Under the pieces are notes generated by a model. That model was not told the DNA's origin. It made no database searches and saw only the letters and a list, made by a program, of their open reading frames with translations. This document shows positions 9,314 to 17,515 of a stretch of DNA of 64,000 nt, piece after piece. The stretch is taken from NCBI GenBank assembly GCA_963770895.1, contig CAVYRF010000001.1, positions 992,001-1,056,000 on the forward strand, written 5' to 3'. How positions within the stretch are numbered: the first letter of the stretch is position 1; each line of letters begins with the position of its first letter. This DNA comes from an uncultured Acidobacteriota bacterium. GTDB lineage: Bacteria; Acidobacteriota; Thermoanaerobaculia; Multivoradales; UBA5704. Made by a program: the position numbers and the translations under genes.

Positions 9314-9484
9314 CTAGCAGGTGTAGCCCTGGCAGGTGATATGGGGGCACGACGGACAAACCGAACACTCGGTGGTACAGCTGAGCTTCGCGGTCAGCCC
9401 GCCGGCGAGATGCGACAGCATGCCGTTTTCCAATTGGCTGAGGGTTTCCTTTGCCAGGGCGAGACGCTTTCCCACTCTCTTCAC
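9314..9484 (-). CDS. Lanthipeptide-like precursor peptide (56 aa; not in ORF track)
   Basis: Manual translation: MKRVGKRLALAKETLSQLENGMLSHLAGG-LTAKLSCTTECSVCPSCPHITCQGYTC. AGAAAGGAG RBS, GTG start, double-Gly site, core with 6 Cys and 8 Ser/Thr. Confidence 0.88.
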   Translation of the reverse strand: MKRVGKRLALAKETLSQLENGMLSHLAGGLTAKLSCTTECSVCPSCPHITCQGYTC

Positions 9485-9899
9485 GGTACGGCTCCTTTCT
9501 TGACTAGGCTTCGCTCTCTCAGGCAGATTTGCGCCAGAGCTATTTTCATAAACTGTATCACGCGAATATCGATACTACCGGACATGCAACAAGCCTCTGC
9601 ACTCCACAGTAGGGGGCTTGCAATGCGTCGTTGGTCGGCACAGGGCGCCTGGTGAGCCCGAGCATCGGCCGGCTCTGAACCTGGCCCAGCGTCAGGTGGA
9701 GGTCGAGCAGGCCCTCGATGGCGCAGCAGGTGCTCGCCAGAGTGGCGCGAGGCCGCTTCTCGCGCCGACCAAGAGCGCCTCATCCACCCGCATGCGCCAC
9801 CAGGATCCTTGCCTACTCCACCGCGCACTCGCCAAACCCTGAGCCCGCGGTGCGCGCTCGGGCAGCAGCCATCCCTGCGAACACACACCGCTTCACCGC

Positions 9900-9917
9900 A
9901 TGCGGGAGAGCGGCGCG
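9900..9917 (+). repeat. 18-bp direct repeat, left copy (ATGCGGGAGAGCGGCGCG)
   Basis: Identical to 10803-10820. Confidence 0.75.
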
Positions 9918-10179
9918 GGCGCCGCCACCGCGCCCGGCTTCGATGCCGGGCATGCGACGGTCGAGGTGGCGCCCTGCCGCTGTCACCGTGGACATCCATC
10001 TGGCGAGGTCGACTCTGCGGCAGCCGTAAGTGGCGGTGAGGGCGTGATGGCGACGTCGTCACCTTTCCAGCCCGCAGCAACGACAGGGCGCCAGAGCGAT
10101 GCCAGGTCGATGGGTCCATTGGTGAGATCGAGAGGTGACCCTGGGTGGTGTACATTGGTGGTGTCTCAAGGAGGTGCGC

Positions 10180-10386
10180 GTGAGCCGAATGACCGTCACG
10201 ATCGATGATGCCTTGCTGGAAGAGGCGAAGGAAGCGCTCGGTGCCGAGACTCGTGCCGAGGCCATCCGGACCGCGCTGGGGGAGGCCGTGAGGCGCCGGC
10301 GCTTGGCGCAAGCGCTCGAGCAGCGCGGTCAATTCCAACTGCGCGGCGACCTTTCTGAGCTGCGACGTCTGCGGGAAGAAGGATGA
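10180..10386 (+). CDS. vapB: VapB-family antitoxin
   Basis: RMTVTIDDALLEEA...EAIRTAL; AAGGAGG RBS. GGTGGTGT direct repeats flank a TACATT -10-like box upstream. Confidence 0.88.
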   Translation: MSRMTVTIDDALLEEAKEALGAETRAEAIRTALGEAVRRRRLAQALEQRGQFQLRGDLSELRRLREEG

Positions 10387-10787
10387 TCGTCGCTGACAGC
10401 TCGGCGCTGATCGAATACTACCGACGGGGAGGTTCACCGGCGGTGCAGGAGGCCGTGGCCGCGGCGATCACTGCAGACGCGCTGGCATTCAATGGCATCG
10501 TTTTCGTCGAGGTCGTCGGGTTCGCTGCTGACGAGAGGGAGCGGCGAGCGCTACTTGCGAGCTTCGGCGCCTTCCATCGCCTGGCGCTGGAAGACGGGGA
10601 CTTCGATCTTGCGGCAAGAATCGCCTTCGACTTTCGGCGCCGCGGACGCACAGTACCCGCCACCGACCTGATCATCGCCGCAAGCGCGATCCGTGCCCAG
10701 GCTGAGCTTCTCCACGTTGACGATCACTTTGACGAAATCGCCAGCGTGAGCGCCCTGGCCTCCAGGAATCTTTCCAAGCCGGCTTGA
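10383..10787 (+). CDS. vapC: PIN-domain toxin (VapC family)
   Basis: MIVADSS, VEV, DLIIAASA, LLHVDDHF; ATGA overlap. Confidence 0.9.
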   Translation: MIVADSSALIEYYRRGGSPAVQEAVAAAITADALAFNGIVFVEVVGFAADERERRALLASFGAFHRLALEDGDFDLAARIAFDFRRRGRTVPATDLIIAASAIRAQAELLHVDDHFDEIASVSALASRNLSKPA

Positions 10788-10802
10788 GCTGTCGTTCCAC
10801 CG

Positions 10803-10820
10803 ATGCGGGAGAGCGGCGCG
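10803..10820 (+). repeat. 18-bp direct repeat, right copy
   Basis: Identical to 9900-9917. Confidence 0.75.
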
Positions 10821-10877
10821 CCCCGGCGGGCGGCGCCGGGGGCTGGCCGGCGCCGCGCTGACCGGAGGTGGCGACCG

Positions 10878-11543
10878 TCACACGGGGGAGGAGGCGGGGC
10901 CGACGGTGAGATTGTTGGCGACGGCCAGGACACCCGGCGCGGCCCAGGCGGCGCGGCCGGCTTCGGTTTTGGCCTGCCAGGAGTGGACGTGGCCGGTCAG
11001 GGTGACCTTGCCGTCGTCGGCGGTGACGGTGATGTCGTGGGAGTCGAGCTCGGCGCTGCGGTGGAGAGCCCGCTTGATCTCGACGGCGACTTCGCGCGGG
11101 CTCAGGGCCGGTTCGATGTCGATGCGGTTCATCACCCCCTTGACGCCGGCGAAGTAGCGCACCACGTCTTCGGCCATCTCCTTTTCGAATCCCCAGGACA
11201 CGGTGCCGGTGAGCACGATCCAGCCGTGTTCGGCCTTGACCTGGATGTGCTTCCTGGCGAGCGTCACGTTGGCGGCGAGCGCGTCCAGCGCGGCCTGTGC
11301 GAGCTCGGTGTCGGAGCGCATCATGCTGGCGGCGGGAGTGACCTCGATCTCTTCGGCGAGTCCGCGCACGCCCTTGACCCGCCGCACGGCCCGTTCGCAG
11401 GCGAGCTTCTCCGGGTAGGTGGCGACGGTGCCCATGAGGGTTACGACGCCGTCGCTGACGTTGACAGCGATCTGCTGAGGGTGGATTCGCGGGTCCCAAT
11501 TAAGCTCCGCAACGACCTGTTCTTGCAAGTGGATGTCGTCCAT
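10878..11543 (-). CDS. Triple BON-domain protein (OsmY-like)
   Basis: Three repeats of G.VTL.G.V...A....GV..V.N.I; GGAGAGG upstream of ATG 11543. Confidence 0.9.
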   Translation of the reverse strand: MDDIHLQEQVVAELNWDPRIHPQQIAVNVSDGVVTLMGTVATYPEKLACERAVRRVKGVRGLAEEIEVTPAASMMRSDTELAQAALDALAANVTLARKHIQVKAEHGWIVLTGTVSWGFEKEMAEDVVRYFAGVKGVMNRIDIEPALSPREVAVEIKRALHRSAELDSHDITVTADDGKVTLTGHVHSWQAKTEAGRAAWAAPGVLAVANNLTVGPASSPV

Positions 11544-11671
11544 GGCTTCCTCTCCAGTGTTTTCGTTGGGGCGGCCCGATCGATTTCGGGCGCTGTGCGA
11601 CCGTTCTGTACCGCAAGTGATCCCGGCTGATCGCCGCTTGCTGGAAAACAGACTACGGGGCGGCTGTTGTA

Positions 11672-11736
11672 CCGCCGACCCCCCTCGGGGTGGTTCGTGA
11701 GGCTTCGCCGGGTGGGCCGGCGACCCACCCCGCCGG
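11672..11736 (+). repeat. 65-bp intergenic element (inverted partial copy at about 11773-11829; inverted full copy at 16363-16427)
   Basis: 52/65 identical, ungapped, to the reverse complement of 16363-16427; contains GGTGGG-N7-CCCACC. Confidence 0.7.
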
Positions 11737-11849
11737 GGAGGCCGGGGGCGTGTCCCGCGGATGACGGCCCACTGGGGATCGGCCCCACCCTGGGATGCGG
11801 CCTGCGGCCACCCCCGGGGTGTCGGAGGCAAGGGGGGCCCGCAATAGTC

Positions 11850-12488
11850 TGCTCGAAGCAGGTGGCGCAGGCGGCGCTGGCGGTCGCACAGCGGCAGTAC
11901 GACCTGGCGCGCGCCGGGGCCTGGGCCTACGACGTGAAGAACCAGGAGGAGCAGTACCACGCCCTGACCCAGGCCTACGAGGCGTCCAAGCGCGCCGCAG
12001 ACGTGGCGGCGATCCAGCAGGCGGTGGCGCGGCTGGGCTACGTCGCGCTGACCAAGGACCAGTTCATCGCGCGGATCGCCGACTTCTACACCTACAAGAC
12101 GGGCGTCGGCACCAACCTGATGGTGATGACGATCATCAGCTTCCTGGTCGGCCTGTCGATCTCGGGGCAGACGTTCTTCACCTTCATCCTGGAAAATCTC
12201 GAGAAGTTCGGCGCCTTGAAGGCGATCGGCGCCAAGGGGCGCGAGCTGGTGTACATGATCCTTTTCCAGGCCAGCTTCACGGCGCTAACCGGCTACGGGC
12301 TAGGGGTGGGATTGTGCGCCCTGATGATATGGATCGCGCGGCTGAGGCTTCCCGACTACGCCGCCGTCATCACCTGCGGCAACCTGGGCATCGCCTTCGC
12401 CATGGTGCTGGTGATCGCCGGGTTGTCCAGCTACATCGGCATCCGCAAGGTGCTGAAGATCGAACCCTTCGACATTTTCCGCGGCTGA
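11850..12488 (+). pseudogene. In-frame chimera: HlyD-like adaptor fragment + C-terminal part of an FtsX/MacB-type ABC permease
   Basis: Coiled-coil [20 protein letters not shown] joined to [14 protein letters not shown]...IRKVLKIEPFDIFRG; no credible start codon. Confidence 0.7.
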
Positions 12489-12530
12489 GCGGCGGTGCTG
12501 CCGGCGGCCGGCCAGCCGCGGCGACGACCC

Positions 12531-13185
12531 TCAGCGTGCAGCTGCGCCCGCGACCGCGCCGAGGCCCTGCGGACGATCGAAGCCAAAGAGGTTGGGATGT
12601 CCCTGGCAGCCGCCGGTGGCAAGGTATTGGGATTTACCGTCGACCTCTCCGAGATGTGGCCCGCTGGCCAGGGCGTCGGTGCCGGCGCGGTATGCCTGTT
12701 CGATCGAGATGGGATCGCCGGCGGGGTCGGTGGCATTGACGGCGGCTTGCCAGAGCGGCCGGATGAAGGGTTCGCAGCGCGCTTCATGGTGACTGTCGGC
12801 GCTGGCCACGTCCACGACGTCCCGCCCCAACCGCGCGGCCTCCTCAAGAAAGCCGCCCGAGTAACACTGATCGGCGATGAGGATCAAGCGCGCGAAGGGA
12901 AGCGGCGCCAGGCGGTGCAGGAATGCGCCGGCTGTAACCAGACCGCTTTCCAGGCTGAGAAAGGTGTGGCCGAAGGCGCGCCCGCCGTGACCGGTGAGAT
13001 AGACGAGCAGCAGGTCTCGTGGCCGCATCGCGCGCCGCAGCAGTTCCACGGCCTGGTCGAGGCCGGCGGTCGACGCGGGCAGGCGCCGGATCGCGGCGTC
13101 TTCGCCGTGCGCCTTGCCGGCGGCCACGAGCAGCGTATGGTCGGGGGTGTAGCCGAGACGGGGCAGGACGGCGCCTGCCGCGCAC
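12531..13185 (-). pseudogene. Clan CD (caspase/legumain-like) cysteine peptidase, N-terminally truncated or frameshifted
   Basis: LLVYLTGHG and IADQCYSGGF give the His/Cys dyad; in-frame stop just upstream and no RBS-supported start. Confidence 0.65.
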
Positions 13186-13253
13186 CATCAGTCATTACCC
13201 CCGGTCGGGATCGGGAGTCGTCCGGTCGCCGGCGCTCGCTCCGGCCTCCTCCT

Positions 13254-13271
13254 TGTAGGGTTTTTCCTACG
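13254..13271. promoter_or_regulatory. Second TGTAGG-N6-CCTAC site (TGTAGGGTTTTTCCTACG)
   Basis: Intergenic, upstream of the peptidase remnant; matches both arms of the 3998 palindrome. Confidence 0.55.
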
Positions 13272-13307
13272 CGGCGAGGATCGATCGATGGAGATGGCGT
13301 TGCTGCG

Positions 13308-13838
13308 TCATCGCGAGGCGGCCACCGCGGTGGGTGCCGGAGCTTCGGCGGGTACGCCGGGTGCGGCGTGGGTGCTGCTTGCAAGCAGATCGCGGATGTC
13401 GTCGGGTGAGAGCGCGCCGGTCGCACGCTCGACGACGGCACCGTGATCGAACACGAGCAGCGTTGGCAATGCCTGAACGCCGTACTGTTTGGCCAGGTGG
13501 CGGGCCCATGTGACGTTGACGCGCACCACCCGCACCCGCCCGCCGGCGGTGGCCGCCACCGTTTCCAGCGATTTTTCGAGTTCCTTGCAGGGAAGGCACC
13601 AAGGTGCCGAGAAATCGACCAGGACTGGCGTCTTGGCTTGCAGAACCTGCGAGCCGAAGGAGAACAGCGACACTGCCACGATGCGCCCCTCGGCCGCCGG
13701 CGATGCGGCACCGCAGGGTGACGCCACCGTGAGCGCCAGCGCCAGCGCGGCGAGGATGACGACAACGCCGGAGCGGGCGCCGCGGTAACCGATCCTGTGG
13801 GTGACGACGGCGGCAAACGGGAGCGTGAATCGATGCAT
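13308..13838 (-). CDS. Thioredoxin with N-terminal signal/anchor (WCLPC active site)
   Basis: PVLVDFSAPWCLPCK, YGVQALPTLLVF; hydrophobic N-terminal stretch; GGAGG RBS. Confidence 0.85.
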   Translation of the reverse strand: MHRFTLPFAAVVTHRIGYRGARSGVVVILAALALALTVASPCGAASPAAEGRIVAVSLFSFGSQVLQAKTPVLVDFSAPWCLPCKELEKSLETVAATAGGRVRVVRVNVTWARHLAKQYGVQALPTLLVFDHGAVVERATGALSPDDIRDLLASSTHAAPGVPAEAPAPTAVAASR

Positions 13839-14134
13839 GACGGCCTCCTCCATCGCTCCCGAATCGCCGGATGCAGCCGGTGTTCAGGTGCGTGAAGGAA
13901 GCATGAAGTTCGGCAGTTGGCGGCAACAGCGGCCGATCTCTGAAGGGCGCGTGCGCTTCCGCGCTCGACCCTTTGTAGGATGTTTTCCACCGGCCCAGGG
14001 TGGAGTGCTGATACCCAGGATCGCCGCGCACGCTGCGGTGGTCGGCAGCCGGCTCGCGCCCCCCGGCCGGCGGTCGATCTGGCTTGGATCGGACGGCGGT
14101 GGGGGCGGCGCTGCTGCGGGCGAGCGGCGGCGGT

Positions 14135-14866
14135 TTACGGCGTCGGCGGATTGGAGAAGGCGTTCAGGTCGATGAAGTTCTGATTGGTTCCCTGTGATGA
14201 GCTATAGGTCTTGGCCGGGCAGGGCGACTGCGCGTTGCAATGTCCGTCCAGGGTATCGGTCACGGTCAGGTTGAAGGGGACGTTGGTCGAGCTGGCGATG
14301 AAGACCCAGTAGTGGCCGTTGATGGCGGTGCCGTCCAGGACCTTGACGGAGACCTCGATGGTGCCGGCGTCGAAAAACCAGAAATAGCCTGACTCGTCGG
14401 CGACTTGCACGGCGGGGGCCTGGTGCAGAGCGGGCGTCCCCCCGCCGAGAAACCAGGACGTGGTGGCGACGAAGCGTCCGGCGAGCAGGTTGAGATCGGT
14501 GGCGGGGAGTGTGACCTGAAAAACGCTGGCGGAGAGGAAATTTCCCGAGTTGTCGACCTCTTTGACCGTGTAGCTTCCCGCGGCCAGCGTCCTCAGGGGA
14601 AACCGCTGCGTAATCGGGAAGGGCGCCGGGATGAGCGGTCCCACCTGGAGGGTGATCACATTGCCGGCGATGGTGGGAGCCTGATAGACATCGGAGAAGG
14701 TGGGCTCGACCACCAGGAACACCGAATCGCTGGTTGTCGGCAGGGCCGGGCTGATCAGGATCGGTGTCTGGGCCGCCAAGACGCCGCAGCCGCAAACCAG
14801 TGCGCCCAGGCTGGCGAGTACCTTGCAGCGGCGAGAGACGGCACCAAGCAAACGCGCTTCAAGCAT
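14135..14866 (-). CDS. Secreted hypothetical protein with GYFWFF...KVLDG...GHYWVF C-terminal domain
   Basis: Signal peptide; AGGAGG RBS. From recall, this domain is abundant in Thermoanaerobaculia secreted proteins. Confidence 0.75.
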   Translation of the reverse strand: MLEARLLGAVSRRCKVLASLGALVCGCGVLAAQTPILISPALPTTSDSVFLVVEPTFSDVYQAPTIAGNVITLQVGPLIPAPFPITQRFPLRTLAAGSYTVKEVDNSGNFLSASVFQVTLPATDLNLLAGRFVATTSWFLGGGTPALHQAPAVQVADESGYFWFFDAGTIEVSVKVLDGTAINGHYWVFIASSTNVPFNLTVTDTLDGHCNAQSPCPAKTYSSSQGTNQNFIDLNAFSNPPTP

Positions 14867-14961
14867 CCGTGGACCTCCTGGTTCTGGTAGCCGGCGACGT
14901 GGTAATTACGCCGACGGGTAGGTCCCCAATATGCTATATCAACATTTCAGGGCCTGCAACC

Positions 14962-15141
14962 CGGCCGCTGGTCTACGGGCTGTTGCGCACCGTGCATGGC
15001 GCCTCGTCGCAGGTGTCCTCCGGCAATGCGCTCTTCAGCCTGCTGGGCTTCTTCGGCATCTACACTGTGCTTTCCATCCTCTTCCTGTTCCTCCTCTACG
15101 AGCAGCTGGCGCGCGGCCCCGAGCCGGAGCCGGCTGTCTGA
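14962..15141 (+). pseudogene. cydA: C-terminal fragment of cytochrome bd oxidase subunit I
   Basis: LVYGLLRT...VSSGNALFSLLGFFGIYTVLSILFLFLL...GPE, directly upstream of cydB. Confidence 0.8.
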
Positions 15142-15166
15142 CGCCGGCCCCGGCGGGAGACCGATC

Positions 15167-16240
15167 ATGGATGCGTTTCTGCCCGGCGTCTGGTTCTGGC
15201 TGGTGGCTGTGACGCTCGCGGTGTACGTCGTGCTCGACGGCTTCGACCTCGGCGCCGCGGTGGCCGGCCGCCTGCTGGCGCGCACCGCCGGCGAGCGGGG
15301 AGCCGTCGTGCGGACGATCGGTCCGGTGTGGGACGGCAACGAGGTGTGGCTGCTGGCCGGCGGCGGCACCCTGTTCGCGGCGTTCCCCGCGCTCTACGCC
15401 GCCAGCTTCAGCGGCTTCTACCTGCCGCTGATGATGGTGCTCTGGCCGCTCATCGGCCGCGGCGTTGCCGTGGAGCTGCGCCACCACACCGGCAGCGCTC
15501 TCTGGCGCTCCTTCTGGGACGCCATCTTCTTCGTCTCGAGCCTGCTGCTGGCGGTGTTCTACGGAGCCGCCCTGGGCAACGTGGTGCGCGGTGTGCCCTT
15601 TGGCTCCGACGGCCAGTTCTTCCTGCCGCTGTGGAGCGATTTCCGGCTGGGTCCGCCGTCCGGCATCCTGGACTGGTACACCGTGACGGCGGGGCTGACG
15701 GCGCTGGCCGCCCTGACCCTGCACGGTGCGCTGTGGCTGGCCGTCAAGCTGCCGGGCGACCTGGAAGCGCGCAGCCTGCGTCTGGCCGGGCGGCTGGTGT
15801 GGCCGCTTGCGGCCCTGACCGCGCTGCTGACCGCCGCGACCTTTTCCATCCAGCCGCTGGTGCCGGCGCATCTGGCCGCGCGGCCTTGGGGTGGGGTCTT
15901 CTGCCTGCTGGCCGTGGGCGGGCTCGCGGGTGTGATCGTCCAGGTGCGGCGGGGGCGGCCGCTCGGCGCCTTCCTGGGATCGTGCGCCTACCTGGCCGGC
16001 ATGTTGACGAGCGTCGCCTTCGGACTCTTCCCCTCGGTCCTGCCCGGTCTGCCGGCAGGTGACGCGGGGCTCACCGCGGCGGCGGCGGCCGCGCCCGCGG
16101 ACGGCCTGCGCGTGGCGCTGGCCTGGTGGATCCCCGGCATGCTGCTCGCGTGCGGCTACTCGTTGCACGTCTATCGCCACTTCGCGGGCAAGGTCGAAGC
16201 GGAGGCGGCGGCCGCCGGTCCCACCCCGGCGGGGTACTGA
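15167..16240 (+). CDS. cydB: Cytochrome bd oxidase subunit II
   Basis: YVVLDGFDLG, IGPVWDGNEVWLL, FAAFP, RGVAVELR. Confidence 0.93.
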   Translation: MDAFLPGVWFWLVAVTLAVYVVLDGFDLGAAVAGRLLARTAGERGAVVRTIGPVWDGNEVWLLAGGGTLFAAFPALYAASFSGFYLPLMMVLWPLIGRGVAVELRHHTGSALWRSFWDAIFFVSSLLLAVFYGAALGNVVRGVPFGSDGQFFLPLWSDFRLGPPSGILDWYTVTAGLTALAALTLHGALWLAVKLPGDLEARSLRLAGRLVWPLAALTALLTAATFSIQPLVPAHLAARPWGGVFCLLAVGGLAGVIVQVRRGRPLGAFLGSCAYLAGMLTSVAFGLFPSVLPGLPAGDAGLTAAAAAAPADGLRVALAWWIPGMLLACGYSLHVYRHFAGKVEAEAAAAGPTPAGY

Positions 16241-16362
16241 GCGCCGGCTGTGGGCGCCAGGCGCGACGCCTGGGCACGACCCCGATCGGCGCCCATCCGT
16301 TGGAATTCATGTCCGAAAGGCTGGCTGCCGGCCTGCCAGGGCCTCGGCGCGTTGCTGCCCCG

Positions 16363-16427
16363 CCGGCGGGGTGGGTTGCAAGCCCACCTGGCGGGACCCT
16401 GCGGACCACCCCCAGGGAGGTCGGCGG
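16363..16427 (-). repeat. Inverted copy of the 65-bp element at 11672-11736
   Basis: 80% ungapped identity by manual alignment. Confidence 0.7.
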
Positions 16428-16532
16428 CACCGCGGGCGCTCTATTCCAGGCTGTGGGGCTCGTCGCTGGCCGTGGTGGCGGTCGCGGCGCTGGTGCCGTT
16501 TACGCCAAACGCTGCGCGAAAGCCAGTCCTGG

Positions 16533-16813
16533 CTATCGCCGGTACCGGCGGATGGCAGCCTGGCCGCCGGATCGCCGGGTGGTGATGCCCAGCACGGCGT
16601 AGAAAGGGCACCAGCCGGCCAGGTCGCGAGCGGCACCCAGCCGAAGATTCCGAGCGCGATGCCGGCGACACCCGCCACGACACCGAAGGCGGGCATCGCC
16701 AGCATGGTGACGGCGGCGACGATGCGCAGCAGGCGGTCGGCACGGCCGAGGTTGCGCCAGTCGGCCGGGTCCGGGTCACGCGCGGGTGACGGGCTGTTTG
16801 CGGCTTGCATCAT
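16533..16813 (-). pseudogene. DUF2892 (YgaP-like) membrane protein, frameshifted near 16622
   Basis: NLGRADRLLRIVAA...GWVPLAT in one frame, LAGWCPFYAVLGITT in another. Confidence 0.7.
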
Positions 16814-16844
16814 GTAGGTCCGAGCCGGCGACCGGTGGCGCGTT

Positions 16845-17030
16845 TCAGGCCGCGCTCTGCGCGGAAGAGGGTTCCGTGGCTCCGCCGCGCCGTTCGCGGG
16901 CGGCGCGCGGCGGCACCACCACCAGGTTCGTGTCGCAGAAGTTCACCAGGGCTTCGGCGACGCTGCCGAGCAGGAGCCGTTCGAAGCCGCCGCGGCCGTG
17001 GGTGCCGGCGATGATGTCGAGGCGCCGCTC
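16845..17030 (-). pseudogene. Universal stress protein C-terminal fragment
   Basis: IIAGTHGRGGFERLLLGSVAE...LVVVP motif without an N-terminal domain. Confidence 0.75.
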
Positions 17031-17208
17031 TAGCGCTTTCGGCCGGTTTGAGAAGCGCACGGGGGCCGTGGTGCGCGTACCGGCCCCTGCGGAGCACTGG
17101 CCCAGCCGCACAGCATGTTAGAGTGATCGGGTTGCAGATAGATCCGCCGCGCCGAGGCAGTGTCCTCCAGGCCGGCGGAACCGGCGCTCAAGGCGCCAAG
17201 GAGATCCG

Positions 17209-17373
17209 ATGCGCAGACCAATGATGACCCTGGCGGCCCTCCTCCTGGCTGCCGCAGCCTTCGGCGCGACCAGGCCGCAGCCTGCGCAGCAGGGAATGCG
17301 GAGGCCACAATGCGCCACCTGTTTGCCGGGATATATCTGCAGCGGGCCGCCACTCTACGAGTGCATCCGGTAG
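17209..17373 (+). CDS. Small secreted Cys-rich peptide (54 aa; not in ORF track)
   Basis: AAGGAG RBS; MRRPMMTLAALLLAAAAFGA-TRPQPAQQGMRRPQCATCLPGYICSGPPLYECIR. Confidence 0.7.
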   Translation: MRRPMMTLAALLLAAAAFGATRPQPAQQGMRRPQCATCLPGYICSGPPLYECIR

Positions 17374-17515
17374 GGCCCGTCGACGGATCCACGACCTTCG
17401 AGCCGAGTCCTCGGCAGGAGCTGATGGAGCGACTCGGCGCCTGCGCGCTTGCATTCTTTGGCTCCGGGTGGGGCCCCGGCTCCCCCGGCCTTCAATCAGA
17501 GGAAGGGGGACGACG

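Noticed and set aside
7962-9484. Calling rSAM + Cys-rich peptide a sactipeptide/ranthipeptide cluster
   Set aside because: The genes are convergent, the rSAM lacks auxiliary-cluster cysteines and an RRE, and the peptide leader matches the LanC-associated precursor. Kept only as a minor alternative.
9068-9655. 195-aa plus-strand ORF after the rSAM gene as a third operon member
   Set aside because: No recognisable features, and it is antisense to the much better supported precursor gene at 9314-9484.
9618-10130. Possible transposase or IS remnant
   Set aside because: No catalytic motif or terminal inverted repeats recognised.
11544-11960. 360-aa extended BON ORF
   Set aside because: The extension crosses the intergenic repeats and the opposite-strand remnant; RBS supports a start at 11543.
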